A stretch of DNA of 64,000 bases from Flavobacteriales bacterium (GCA_040377305.1 JBEIPA010000003.1:96001-160000), one strand, 5' to 3'. Positions 48,031 to 58,117 are shown, counted from the first letter of the stretch. The notes: generated from the sequence alone by a model not told the origin. Numbers and translations are program-made.

Positions 48031-50568
48031 ATGCAGCATCTGAAAACCCTCCTGCTTGTCATCGTATTTTTATCTGTGAACGTCAGATTGAGTGCGATCA
48101 ACCCACCACCAATTAATGATACCGTTTGCGATGCAACCGATCTCGGAATCCTTCCGGTTCCTGGTCCGTGTCCATCCTATCCATATGGTGACACAATCAA
48201 TGTGAACGGCACAACGGACTGGGCTTCTTACAATACGTTTGATTTTTCTCCAGTGTCCTGTTTTTCGAGTGGTGCTCCTGATGTTTGGTACAAATTCAGA
48301 ACCACGGGCAACTACATCTACATCGAACTCTTTGGTTTTGGCGATTTAGATTCCATGTTTTGTAAGCTGTACATCAGTCAAGGTTCATGTCTAAGTCTGA
48401 TTCCCGCACATTGTGAAACAACCTTGAACGGTACAATCATGGCTTCCATCATGACTGCCGACATCGGTGGAGAATATTACCTGCAGATAGGAGGAAGTCA
48501 GTACGACGAAACCGGAAACTTTACGTTCAGTCTCAAATCATTCAACGACTGCGGCGATTGTGTCAAGAACGCACATGTAACGATGGATCCTTCACCGTGG
48601 TTCGGACGTTATGGTACAAGCGATACAGTTACCATGTGTTACACGGTCGATCGCTGGGATCAAACAACTGCATCACGTTTACATTCTGTAATTCCTCTTT
48701 TTGGAGATGAGTGGGATACAACAACGCTTGTTCCGATTTCTATGCCTTCAGGTCCATGGATCTGGGGCAATAATATTCCGACGCAGCTGGGTTCCTGGGA
48801 TGGATTTTATTTTGATCTCAACACTGATGGTGATCCAACGAATAATCTAGGACAGCAAGGAAACGTAACTACTTCCTGGGAATTCTGCTGGTCCATTTCT
48901 ACAAAACCGTATTGTACTGCTTACGATGCACATGTGGATATTCATGTGTTCAGTGATAACGAAACTGGAAGTGGAAGCTCAACACTAGCATGCACGGAAG
49001 CAATCCCTACGCATCTGTCAATGGCAGGTTGGTGTTGTCCTGATCCGATCGTCAGTATCACGTATGCCGGCGGGTGTAATCCAACTGCGGATATATCAGT
49101 TGATCCGGTTTCTGTTAATGCATCGGACACATTCGACATTGTGCTCTATGATGATTCAATGCACGTGTACACGTTTGCGCAAAACATTGTGGGAACTGTT
49201 GCATTCTCAAATATTCCTTCCGGAGATTATTTGCTCGAGGTGTACAATCAAACAACGATGTGCCCGAGTTTCCATCAGATACATATTCGTGAAGCATTTG
49301 AAATTGAAATGGAGCAAACGGTTGTTGGTTGTGGTCCCGGCAACGGTTCAGTAATTGCAACACCGAATAGTACCGGACCCTACACCTTCGTTTGGCCGAA
49401 CATTACAACATACAATGACTCACTTGCATTCAATCTTGACGAAGGTTACGTAACCGTGCAGGTCACAGATGGTGCGGGCTGCACAATCATTGATTCGTTT
49501 TATGTAACCGTCCTGCCAAGTCCGGGCGCTTATTTCGATTATCAGGATGCGAGCTACTGTCACAATGACGACACTATTCAGGTGTGGACACATCCTTCAA
49601 CGCCAGGCGGAGTTTACCAATTGATTTCACCAGCATCTGCAATTACTGTGAATTCAACTACTGGTACAATTTCATTGAACAATGCAACTATCGGAACACC
49701 TTACTGGGTAAAGATTCGTTACACCGTAGGAACCGTTTGCAGTGCGACTTATGTTGACTCGGTAAAAATTGTTCAGCAACCGTCTGCTCCAATTGCTTCT
49801 GGGCCACAGAACGTAGATTGGTGTATTGGTAATGCTCCTCCAACACTTGCAATTAATATTAACACGGGCTTTCCGTTTTGGTATGATGCACAATCAACAC
49901 AAACGGGTTTCGGATATTCATTCAGTCCAACGCTCAGCGGAAATACACCGCCAGGAGTTTATCTGTATGGATTTATTTACCTCGCAGACTTAGGCAGCGC
50001 ATGTTCCAGTTTGCCGACGATATTCAGTGTTACCGCACACAACAATCCATCATTCTCAATGGGACCAGATGTTACAATTTGTCCCGGAGATACTGCTGCG
50101 TTGTTGGTGGTAAGCCCGGGCGGAACGTACAATTACCAATGGAGTCCGGTACCCAATGTTGGTCCTGACAATTTTCCAATAACGGCCGCAGCACCTGGAG
50201 CAACGACAACCTATACTGTTGCAGTTACAGACGGAGCGTGTACACTCTCGAATAGCATCACCGTAATTGTAGATAGTTCTTCAACCTGCGGAACCGTTAC
50301 TACCCTGTACAATGGAGTTACACCGAACGGCGACGGTATGAATGATACATGGATCATTGAAGCTGCCTATAGTGCAACGAACATGACCGTATGCATATAC
50401 AATCGTTGGGGCGGTATGGTGTGGAAAGGAAATAACTATAACAACACAACGATCGTGTTTGAAGGACGTAACGGAAAAGGAGAGGATCTTCCGTCAGGCA
50501 CTTACTATTATACGATTGAACAGGACAACCGGGGAGCTGAAAAGGGATGGCTCGAACTTACCAGATAA
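48031..50568 (+). CDS. T9SS type-B CTD surface protein, Cys-rich
   Basis: Signal peptide; PINDTVCDA..DVWYKF N-domain; SprB-like and Ig-like segments; [38 protein letters not shown]. Confidence 0.88.
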   Translation: MQHLKTLLLVIVFLSVNVRLSAINPPPINDTVCDATDLGILPVPGPCPSYPYGDTINVNGTTDWASYNTFDFSPVSCFSSGAPDVWYKFRTTGNYIYIELFGFGDLDSMFCKLYISQGSCLSLIPAHCETTLNGTIMASIMTADIGGEYYLQIGGSQYDETGNFTFSLKSFNDCGDCVKNAHVTMDPSPWFGRYGTSDTVTMCYTVDRWDQTTASRLHSVIPLFGDEWDTTTLVPISMPSGPWIWGNNIPTQLGSWDGFYFDLNTDGDPTNNLGQQGNVTTSWEFCWSISTKPYCTAYDAHVDIHVFSDNETGSGSSTLACTEAIPTHLSMAGWCCPDPIVSITYAGGCNPTADISVDPVSVNASDTFDIVLYDDSMHVYTFAQNIVGTVAFSNIPSGDYLLEVYNQTTMCPSFHQIHIREAFEIEMEQTVVGCGPGNGSVIATPNSTGPYTFVWPNITTYNDSLAFNLDEGYVTVQVTDGAGCTIIDSFYVTVLPSPGAYFDYQDASYCHNDDTIQVWTHPSTPGGVYQLISPASAITVNSTTGTISLNNATIGTPYWVKIRYTVGTVCSATYVDSVKIVQQPSAPIASGPQNVDWCIGNAPPTLAININTGFPFWYDAQSTQTGFGYSFSPTLSGNTPPGVYLYGFIYLADLGSACSSLPTIFSVTAHNNPSFSMGPDVTICPGDTAALLVVSPGGTYNYQWSPVPNVGPDNFPITAAAPGATTTYTVAVTDGACTLSNSITVIVDSSSTCGTVTTLYNGVTPNGDGMNDTWIIEAAYSATNMTVCIYNRWGGMVWKGNNYNNTTIVFEGRNGKGEDLPSGTYYYTIEQDNRGAEKGWLELTR

Positions 50569-50619
50569 TTGTCCGCAACAGGAATGAAAATTGCTTTAAC
50601 CCCCAATACGCTGAATAAA

Positions 50620-53600
50620 ATGAAAAAACTATTTACTCTTCTGCTTTTAGGCTTTTGTACGCTACAAGTATTCGCTCAGGCACCTGAAGGCATAAACTAT
50701 CAGGCTGTTGCGCGTGATGTTGCAGGAACAGAAATGCCGAACACGCCGGTCGATGTTCAGGTGCAAATTCTGAATTCCGCACTCGCAGTTATTTATCAGG
50801 AAGATCATCTCGATACAACCAACGCATTTGGATTGTTCAACCTGGTGATCGGACAAGGACAAAATCCTACGTCTTCATTTTCCAACATAAATTGGGCCAG
50901 TGGTCCGTTTTATTTGCGCATTTACATTGATGCAAATAACAGCGGGTATGTAAACATGGGCTACACCCAGTTATGGTCTGTGCCGTATGCACTTTACGCA
51001 AAAGAATCCGCGAATGGACCTCAAGGACTACCCGGAACAAATTGCTGGGATTTGGATGGAGATGGTGTGAATGATCCTGCAGAAGATGTAAACAACGACT
51101 CGCAGTGGAATGCACTCGATTGTCAAGGAGATAGTGGCGCAGTTGGACCGCAAGGACCACAAGGTGCGCAAGGTATTCAGGGTGTACAAGGAACACAGGG
51201 TGCTCAAGGAATACAAGGTGTACAAGGAGCAACAGGAGCAACGGGCCCGAACGGACTCGCATGTTGGGATCTCAACGGAAATGGAACTGGCGATGTTGGT
51301 GAAGACATTAACACGGATGGATTGTGGAACTCACTTGATTGTGCTGGTGCAGTAGGTGCAACTGGCGCTCAAGGTCCAACAGGTGCTCAAGGTCCAAGTG
51401 GAATAGCAGGAACAAACGGTGCGACTGGAGCAACCGGTCCTTCAGGAACAAACGGAGCGAATGGAGCAACAGGAGCTACTGGTCCTTCAGGAACAAACGG
51501 AACGAATGGAGCAACAGGAGCTACTGGTCCTTCAGGAACGAACGGAACGAATGGTGCAACGGGAGCAACTGGTCCTTCGGGAACAAACGGCACCAATGGA
51601 GCAACAGGAGCAACTGGCCCATCAGGAACGAACGGAACAAATGGTGCAACGGGAGCAACTGGCCCAACGGGTTCAAACGGAACGAATGGCGCAACGGGAG
51701 CGACTGGTCCATCAGGTACAAACGGAACGAATGGAGCAACAGGTGCCACGGGTCCTTCAGGTACAAATGGAACGAATGGTGCAACGGGTCCAACCGGTGC
51801 AACGGGACCGACTGGAACTTTTGCAATGGCAGGAGTATTTGGACAGACGCTTTATTATAACGCAGGATGGATTGCGACGAGCAATTTGTACAACGATGGT
51901 ATTCGTATTGGAATTGGTACCTCTTCTCCGAATGTAAACGGTCAGCTTGATGTGAATGGTGATGCATTTGTAAATGGACATCGCATTGGAAGAGGGGCCG
52001 GACTTTCTCAGTTCAATACGGTGCTTGGTACAAATGCATTGGGAAGTACGAATACGGGAACAGATAATACTGCAATTGGATTCAACACACTTCGCTTTAA
52101 CTCTACCGGTGGGCAAAACACGGCCATCGGTGCGTCGGCCCTTAATGCGGTTGTGATCGGATCTTCAAACACCGCAGTAGGATATGCATCTTTTGGTAAC
52201 AACACTAGTTCGTTCAACACGGGGTTAGGGGCTTCTTCCGGTGAACAAAACACAACAGGGAACAATAACGTTGCAATAGGAAACAGAGCGCTCTGGCTAA
52301 ATCAAACGGGTAACCAAAACGTTGCTGTAGGAAAAGACGCCTTAGTAAACACCACAGGATCACAAAACGTGGGCATTGGCTTCCAGGCGAATATTACCAA
52401 CACAACAGGTACAAACAACACTGCTATTGGTTATGCCGCAAGCGTTACGGTAGCTGGACTTACCAATGCAACTGCGATTGGTTCAGGTGCTCAAGTCTCT
52501 GCAAGTAATTCACTTGTTTTGGGCAGCGGGGCCAATGTTGGCATTGGAAACAGTGCACCCGCATTCAAACTGGATGTAACAGGTAACGTTCGTTTCACAG
52601 GTACAGCACAAATCGGAGTGTATACATTACCAAGTACTGATGGTATTGCCAATGCTGTTTTGAAAACAAACGGACTTGGAGTTGTATCATGGCAACCAGA
52701 CAATACCGGCACCGGAACAGTAACCGGAAGTGGTACGCTTAATTTTCTTCCGAAGTGGAGTTCTGCTACAGGACTCACCAATTCGATGGTGTATGATAAT
52801 GGGACAAGTGTTGGTATTGGAAATACTGCGCCAAGTGCCACTCTTTCGGTTGGAGTAAATAAGTTTCTGGTTAACGGAGCAGATGGCGATCTCAGTTTCA
52901 CAGACCCTAACGGATCAATTATTTTCCCAGCGAGTTCAGCAGGTAATCCGGCAATGATTTCCATGTTCGCAAGTGGTTCTGGAAATCCAGCTCGTATGGT
53001 GCTCGGACACAGCCCCGCTTTCCCTGACTGGGGCTTGATGTACGATGATGGCTTTGATAGATTTCATTTCACCAACAATGGAGGAGCGGGAGCTGCTCTT
53101 ACTGTTGATATTGGTTTTAGTGCAGTCGGAATAAACAATACTTCTCCAGCATATGCACTTGATGTAAATGGTACGACCAACACAGCAGGATTCATTATGC
53201 AGCCTGGTGCAAGTAGTGGTAAGGTCATGACATCAGATGCTACCGGTGTGGGAAGCTGGGAGTTTCCATTAACACCAGCAAAATTCGGTGAGCTTGCTTC
53301 TGTTTATCCGACAAACAATTCAAGTCAGTATAGTTATACCCCAGTGGTATTAACAATTACTCCGCAAAGCAGTGGAGTAGTTGTGTTAAACGGTACAGTA
53401 GGCTATAACTACAATTCTTCGTTTACAAGCCAGGTTGATTTTGGTTATTACGTTGCAACAACGCCTGCAGTGCCTAATTCCTCCACACCTCTTTCATCAT
53501 CAACGACTACCTCTGGCTATGCTGCAGCGGAAGGCACGGGCTTTACCAGATCCGTTGTCCCTCTGGTTTGGTCGTTCACAGTAGTTGCAGGGCAAACGTA

Positions 53601-53706
53601 TTACATCTATGTTGGAATGCTAGATGGTGGGCTATCTACTCAGACTTCCGGAAATATGGTGGCTCCAAAAGTTACCGCAACACTTCATTCATCGGCAGGC
53701 TTATAA
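50620..53706 (+). CDS. Collagen-like fibre protein with YadA/tail-fibre-like repeats; no T9SS CTD visible
   Basis: Signal peptide; N-domain QAPEGINYQAVARD...SVPYALYA; two Gly-X-Y tracts; NTAIG/NVAVG beta-roll repeats; VGIG...LDVNG repeats. Confidence 0.88.
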   Translation: MKKLFTLLLLGFCTLQVFAQAPEGINYQAVARDVAGTEMPNTPVDVQVQILNSALAVIYQEDHLDTTNAFGLFNLVIGQGQNPTSSFSNINWASGPFYLRIYIDANNSGYVNMGYTQLWSVPYALYAKESANGPQGLPGTNCWDLDGDGVNDPAEDVNNDSQWNALDCQGDSGAVGPQGPQGAQGIQGVQGTQGAQGIQGVQGATGATGPNGLACWDLNGNGTGDVGEDINTDGLWNSLDCAGAVGATGAQGPTGAQGPSGIAGTNGATGATGPSGTNGANGATGATGPSGTNGTNGATGATGPSGTNGTNGATGATGPSGTNGTNGATGATGPSGTNGTNGATGATGPTGSNGTNGATGATGPSGTNGTNGATGATGPSGTNGTNGATGPTGATGPTGTFAMAGVFGQTLYYNAGWIATSNLYNDGIRIGIGTSSPNVNGQLDVNGDAFVNGHRIGRGAGLSQFNTVLGTNALGSTNTGTDNTAIGFNTLRFNSTGGQNTAIGASALNAVVIGSSNTAVGYASFGNNTSSFNTGLGASSGEQNTTGNNNVAIGNRALWLNQTGNQNVAVGKDALVNTTGSQNVGIGFQANITNTTGTNNTAIGYAASVTVAGLTNATAIGSGAQVSASNSLVLGSGANVGIGNSAPAFKLDVTGNVRFTGTAQIGVYTLPSTDGIANAVLKTNGLGVVSWQPDNTGTGTVTGSGTLNFLPKWSSATGLTNSMVYDNGTSVGIGNTAPSATLSVGVNKFLVNGADGDLSFTDPNGSIIFPASSAGNPAMISMFASGSGNPARMVLGHSPAFPDWGLMYDDGFDRFHFTNNGGAGAALTVDIGFSAVGINNTSPAYALDVNGTTNTAGFIMQPGASSGKVMTSDATGVGSWEFPLTPAKFGELASVYPTNNSSQYSYTPVVLTITPQSSGVVVLNGTVGYNYNSSFTSQVDFGYYVATTPAVPNSSTPLSSSTTTSGYAAAEGTGFTRSVVPLVWSFTVVAGQTYYIYVGMLDGGLSTQTSGNMVAPKVTATLHSSAGL
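51418..51777 (+). repeat. 45-nt tandem coding repeat x8 (GATGATGPSGTNGTN)
   Basis: Eight consecutive 15-aa collagen units with synonymous codon variation. Confidence 0.9.
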
Positions 53707-53716
53707 TGTATTGAAC

Positions 53717-54451
53717 ATGAAAAAAATATTCTTCATATTCTCTGTGACCATTGCGGTGCATCTAAATGCGCAACAGGTCGGTTCACTTACTCCTGTGCTC
53801 ATTGGCAGTAGCGGAAATTATTCCACCGGAGGAAACATCACATTGTCGTCTTCGGTAGGAGAGTGTATCGTTCCAACAACACAAGCGGGTCCGATTATCC
53901 TCACACAGGGATTTCAGCAACCATCTGTAAACGGAACTTTGTCTTTGCAGAGTACAGTCAGTTATTTCAACTCGACTTGTCTGGGTGCGAATGACGGTGT
54001 TGCAACATTATCTGCCACTGGTGGATCTGCACCTTACACGTACATCTGGAGCTCCGGTTCCGGAGATACACTGCAGTCAGTTGACAGTCTCGCTCCGGGG
54101 AATTACACAGTAACTGTTATAGATGCGGGAAACTTATCGCAGACGCACACCTTCACTGTAATTGACGGAACTGATATCTGCGGAATTGTTACTTACACCG
54201 GTTTCAGTCCAAATGGTGATGGACAAAACGACGTATGGGTAGTTGATTATCTAGAATTGCACCAGCCGAATGAAGTGGAAATTTATAATCGCTGGGGTGG
54301 AATGGTATGGCGCGGAACCAACTACGACAACGTGAATGTGGTTTGGAACGGTCGCACCCAGGATCAAACAGAATTACCCGATGGTACATACTATTGGATT
54401 ATCAAAGTAGATGGAGCAGTAACGAAAGGATGGGTCGAGTTGACTCATTAA
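53717..54451 (+). CDS. Small T9SS type-B CTD protein: N-terminal LTQGFQQP module, one SprB repeat, CTD
   Basis: Signal peptide; GSSGNYSTGGNITLSSSVGE...LTQGFQQP; GGSAPYTYIWS; FSPNGDGQND..IYNRWG..LPDGTYYW..GWVEL. Confidence 0.88.
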   Translation: MKKIFFIFSVTIAVHLNAQQVGSLTPVLIGSSGNYSTGGNITLSSSVGECIVPTTQAGPIILTQGFQQPSVNGTLSLQSTVSYFNSTCLGANDGVATLSATGGSAPYTYIWSSGSGDTLQSVDSLAPGNYTVTVIDAGNLSQTHTFTVIDGTDICGIVTYTGFSPNGDGQNDVWVVDYLELHQPNEVEIYNRWGGMVWRGTNYDNVNVVWNGRTQDQTELPDGTYYWIIKVDGAVTKGWVELTH

Positions 54452-54455
54452 TCTT

Positions 54456-55397
54456 ATGAACTACAAAAAAACATTAACCCGGTTTGCTGTACTCGCGCTG
54501 TTTGCGTGTTGTGGACTCTCCCTGCATGCACAACAGGATCCGCAGTTCAGTCAGTACATGTTCAATCCATTGTCGGTGAATCCTGCTTACGCGGGTAGTC
54601 GCGGTGTGATGAATGGTGCACTCGTCTATCGTCAGCAGTGGATTTCATTTCCAGGTGCGCCGAATACGCAGGCACTTGCGATCAATACTCCGCTTCGCAA
54701 AGGGAAAGTTGGATTGGGTGCAGAACTCGTACGTGATCAGATAGGACCGAAGACAAGCATAGGTGCGTATCTCGATTATGCCTATCGAATTCCACTTGGT
54801 AAAGGAAAACTTGCATTCGGACTTGGAGCAGGAATTCTCAACTACCGTATCAATTGGTCAGACATAACGTATCGCGATCAGGCAGACGTGTATGCGCAAC
54901 TGGCGAATGAAGGTCACATGCTTCCTGATTTCAAGTTCGGCGTGTTCTTCAACAATAAAAATTTCTACACGGGGTTGTCTGTTACACATTTGAATCGTGC
55001 TCAGTACGGGGAGTTCATCGCTGATTCGCTTTCTCCAACCGCACAATTACGTCGTCATAACTTCTTTACCATCGGACGCGCATGGAAAGTCGGTGACAAC
55101 TTCACACTGAATCCATCGTTGATGGTTCGCGGTGTAGTTAGCACGCGGATAGTGAGTATCGATTTGAATTTCAATGTCCGTTATAAAGAAGCAATCTGGT
55201 TCGGTGCTTCATTCCGGACGGAAGGTGATCTGATTATCATGGCACAATACAACATCAGTGAAAAGCTGAAAGTTGGTTACTCTTACGATTCTACATTCGG
55301 AAGAATGAAAGGTTATCACGGCGGATCACATGAAATCATGATTGGCTTCGATCTCAACCTGTTCAACTCTGAAGTGATGTCACCACGCTTTTTCTGA
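54456..55397 (+). CDS. PorP/SprF-family T9SS outer-membrane protein
   Basis: QQDPQFSQYMFNPLSVNPAYAGS; YRQQW...GAP; GYSYD; GSHEIMIG; SPRFF C-terminus. Confidence 0.95.
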   Translation: MNYKKTLTRFAVLALFACCGLSLHAQQDPQFSQYMFNPLSVNPAYAGSRGVMNGALVYRQQWISFPGAPNTQALAINTPLRKGKVGLGAELVRDQIGPKTSIGAYLDYAYRIPLGKGKLAFGLGAGILNYRINWSDITYRDQADVYAQLANEGHMLPDFKFGVFFNNKNFYTGLSVTHLNRAQYGEFIADSLSPTAQLRRHNFFTIGRAWKVGDNFTLNPSLMVRGVVSTRIVSIDLNFNVRYKEAIWFGASFRTEGDLIIMAQYNISEKLKVGYSYDSTFGRMKGYHGGSHEIMIGFDLNLFNSEVMSPRFF

Positions 55398-55417
55398 TCT
55401 TTTTTGAAATACCATTT

Positions 55418-58117
55418 ATGCGATTTATACAACGAATTCTCTTTTTAGTTTTACTTGCCTCTGTTGCAACTCCCCTCGCAGCGCAGATCAAACGTGGCGA
55501 CCGACACTTCTATGCCGGCGATTACGCACGATGCATTCCAGCATACGAGCGCGGACTTCGGAACAAGAACGATGCGAAGGCGATGGAAAATCTGGCTAAC
55601 GCTTATCGTATCACAAAAAATTATATGAAGGCGGAAGAGTGGTATGGCAAAACAGTTGCTGCGAATCCGAACTGTGGTCCACTCGTGCATTATTATTATG
55701 CGATGACGCTGAAGAACAACGGAAAGATTCCTCAGGCGAAAGAAGAACTGAATAAGTTCATGGGTCAACAACCCGATAGTAAACTGGGTAAGGAACAAGT
55801 CGAGGCGCTTGACAATATTCAGCTCTGGCTCTCACAAACTCCGTTGTACGCTGTGCACAACGTTGGAGGACTGAACTCGGAAGTTTCGGATATGTCACCA
55901 TCTTTTTATGGTAATGGTTTGATGTTCTCTTCTGATCGCGGTGAAACAGATGTGCTCAACGGAGAGAATGCAGGAACAGGTCGCGCATTCTATGCAATTT
56001 ATTACATAGATAAAAAATCAGAGAACGAAGATTCTATTTCATTCGCGAAACCAAAGAAGTTGTCGCGCGAAATCAATAAAGATTTCCACAACGGACCGGT
56101 AAGTGTGACTTCCGATGGAAATAAAATGGCGTTTAACCGTGTTGCCAACAAAGTGAAAATGATGTCGGCAGGTTATGTAAATCGTCCGCAAATTTTCTTC
56201 GCCGAGAAAAAGGGCAAGTCGTGGGGCAATGTGAAGCCTTTTCAATACAACAATGAAAAGTATTCGTTCGCACATCCTTCATTGTCTGCAGACGGAACAA
56301 TTTTGTATTTCTCTTCCGACATGGAAGGAACGCTCGGTGGAAACGATATTTGGATGTCCAAGAAAGAAGGAGACAACTGGTCGCAGCCTGTTAATCTTGG
56401 CGCGATGGTAAATACACCGGGTAACGAAGTTTTTCCTTACGTGCGTCAGGATGGAATCCTGTTTTTCAGTTCCGATGGACATGGTGGAATCGGCGGACTC
56501 GATATTTTCTCATCTGCAAACGAAAACGGCGCATGGACAGAAGCTGTTAATCAGGGTGTGCCGTTGAATAGTGCAACTGATGACTTCGGAATTATTTTCA
56601 ACTCGGAAGGAACGCGCGGTTATTTCACATCAGATCGTACGGGTGGAAAAGGATCGGATGACGTTTATTCGTTCAAGGTAACCGCGAAGTTTGTGAACAT
56701 CCGCGGTACGCTGTTGTCGAGCAAGAATCAGAATGAGATACTCCCGAATACAGAAATTCAGTTGCTGACTGCAGACGGAAAGGTGGTGAAGACAACTACT
56801 TCCGATGCTAACGGCAATTTCAAATTCGATAACCTTTCTTCTGATCAGAATTATATTGTTCGTTTGAACGAAGAAGATCCGGGTCTCACGCGCACGAAGT
56901 ATTACATGACAGATGATAAAAGTAATCTCGTTCGTGTGACTGTACTTGATGAAGTAGGAGGGAAGTTTACATTCCAGAATCTTCCGGTTGATCCGAATGC
57001 ACCACCGCAGTTGCTGGCAGACGATGAGTATCTCACGATCGCAGGTAACCTTGTTGCAGATGGAAATCCACCGAGCGCAATTGCGAATACAAAAGTTGAA
57101 CTGAAAGACGATCAGGGAAATATTGTACAAACAACTACGACAAATGATTTCGGCGCATTTGCATTCACACACGTGCCGCCGGACATGACGTACATTGTTT
57201 CCGTAGCAGAAGGATCAGCACCGAAGCTGGCTCCCAATTCAACGGTATCTATTACGAACAAGAGCGGTAAGTCGGTAATGACCACGACGCCGGATGCGAA
57301 TGGAAGATTCCAGTTCCGAATTCTGGCGACAGATAAGAATACCATTTCAGCAATGTCCGTTACGGAACCTGAGTTGAGAATGGACATTCACGGTACGCTT
57401 ACCGGTGCAGATACCAATCGCACTGCTATTGCGAACACGAAGCTGAATATGTTCAACGAGAAAGGTGAAATCATTGCCTCTACAACGACCGACGAACGCG
57501 GCTACTTCAACTTCCAGAACATTCCTTCCGATCAGGCTTACATCATGAGTGTTGAAGAAGTGAAGGACCCGAGTCTTGCGTCACTTGGAAAACTCTACGT
57601 GCGCGACGACAACGGAAAAGTCGTGAAGACACTCAAGATGAACCGCAATGGTAAGTATGAGTTCCGCATTCTTCCGATGGACAAATCAACGATTGCTTAC
57701 GTGTATGTAGAAGATCCCTGGTTACAGGTTCTTCAGATGAAAGCGAAACAGTCGAAGGACAGTCTTACGATCATCGAGAACATTTACTACGACTACGGCT
57801 CTGCAGATATCCTTCCTTCAGCGGAAAACACGTTGCAGAAAGTGGTGAAAGTAATGCAGCTCGATGCTTCAATTACTATCGAGATTAGTTCGCATACCGA
57901 CAGTCGTGCGGCAAACGATTATAACCAGCGTCTTTCGCTTAAACGTGCACAGAACGTTGTGGATTATCTCGTGAAGCGCGGTATCGATAAGAAACGTCTG
58001 AAAGCGGTTGGCTACGGAGAAACGAGGCTGTTGAATGGTTGTAAAGACGGATCGAACTGTACAGAAGAGGAACACGCGAAGAACCGACGCACGGAGTTCA
58101 AGATCAACAAGAAATAA
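55418..58117 (+). CDS. PorE-like peptidoglycan-binding protein: TPR + PD40/WD40 propeller + multiple CRD-like repeats + OmpA_C
   Basis: LANAYR...AEEWY; HPSLSADG..LYFSSD..GGNDIW; FSSDGHGGIGGLDIF; IYYDY; SSHTDSR..YNQRLS.KRA; NRRTEF. Confidence 0.92.
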   Translation: MRFIQRILFLVLLASVATPLAAQIKRGDRHFYAGDYARCIPAYERGLRNKNDAKAMENLANAYRITKNYMKAEEWYGKTVAANPNCGPLVHYYYAMTLKNNGKIPQAKEELNKFMGQQPDSKLGKEQVEALDNIQLWLSQTPLYAVHNVGGLNSEVSDMSPSFYGNGLMFSSDRGETDVLNGENAGTGRAFYAIYYIDKKSENEDSISFAKPKKLSREINKDFHNGPVSVTSDGNKMAFNRVANKVKMMSAGYVNRPQIFFAEKKGKSWGNVKPFQYNNEKYSFAHPSLSADGTILYFSSDMEGTLGGNDIWMSKKEGDNWSQPVNLGAMVNTPGNEVFPYVRQDGILFFSSDGHGGIGGLDIFSSANENGAWTEAVNQGVPLNSATDDFGIIFNSEGTRGYFTSDRTGGKGSDDVYSFKVTAKFVNIRGTLLSSKNQNEILPNTEIQLLTADGKVVKTTTSDANGNFKFDNLSSDQNYIVRLNEEDPGLTRTKYYMTDDKSNLVRVTVLDEVGGKFTFQNLPVDPNAPPQLLADDEYLTIAGNLVADGNPPSAIANTKVELKDDQGNIVQTTTTNDFGAFAFTHVPPDMTYIVSVAEGSAPKLAPNSTVSITNKSGKSVMTTTPDANGRFQFRILATDKNTISAMSVTEPELRMDIHGTLTGADTNRTAIANTKLNMFNEKGEIIASTTTDERGYFNFQNIPSDQAYIMSVEEVKDPSLASLGKLYVRDDNGKVVKTLKMNRNGKYEFRILPMDKSTIAYVYVEDPWLQVLQMKAKQSKDSLTIIENIYYDYGSADILPSAENTLQKVVKVMQLDASITIEISSHTDSRAANDYNQRLSLKRAQNVVDYLVKRGIDKKRLKAVGYGETRLLNGCKDGSNCTEEEHAKNRRTEFKINKK

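Noticed and set aside
51339-51967. Alternative-frame ORFs with striking repeats (EQQELL.., APVAPFVP.., WSNR..)
   Set aside because: Shadow translations of the collagen repeat.
50620-53706. Fibre gene as evidence of a prophage tail
   Set aside because: It has a Sec signal and T9SS neighbours, and no capsid, terminase or integrase genes are present.
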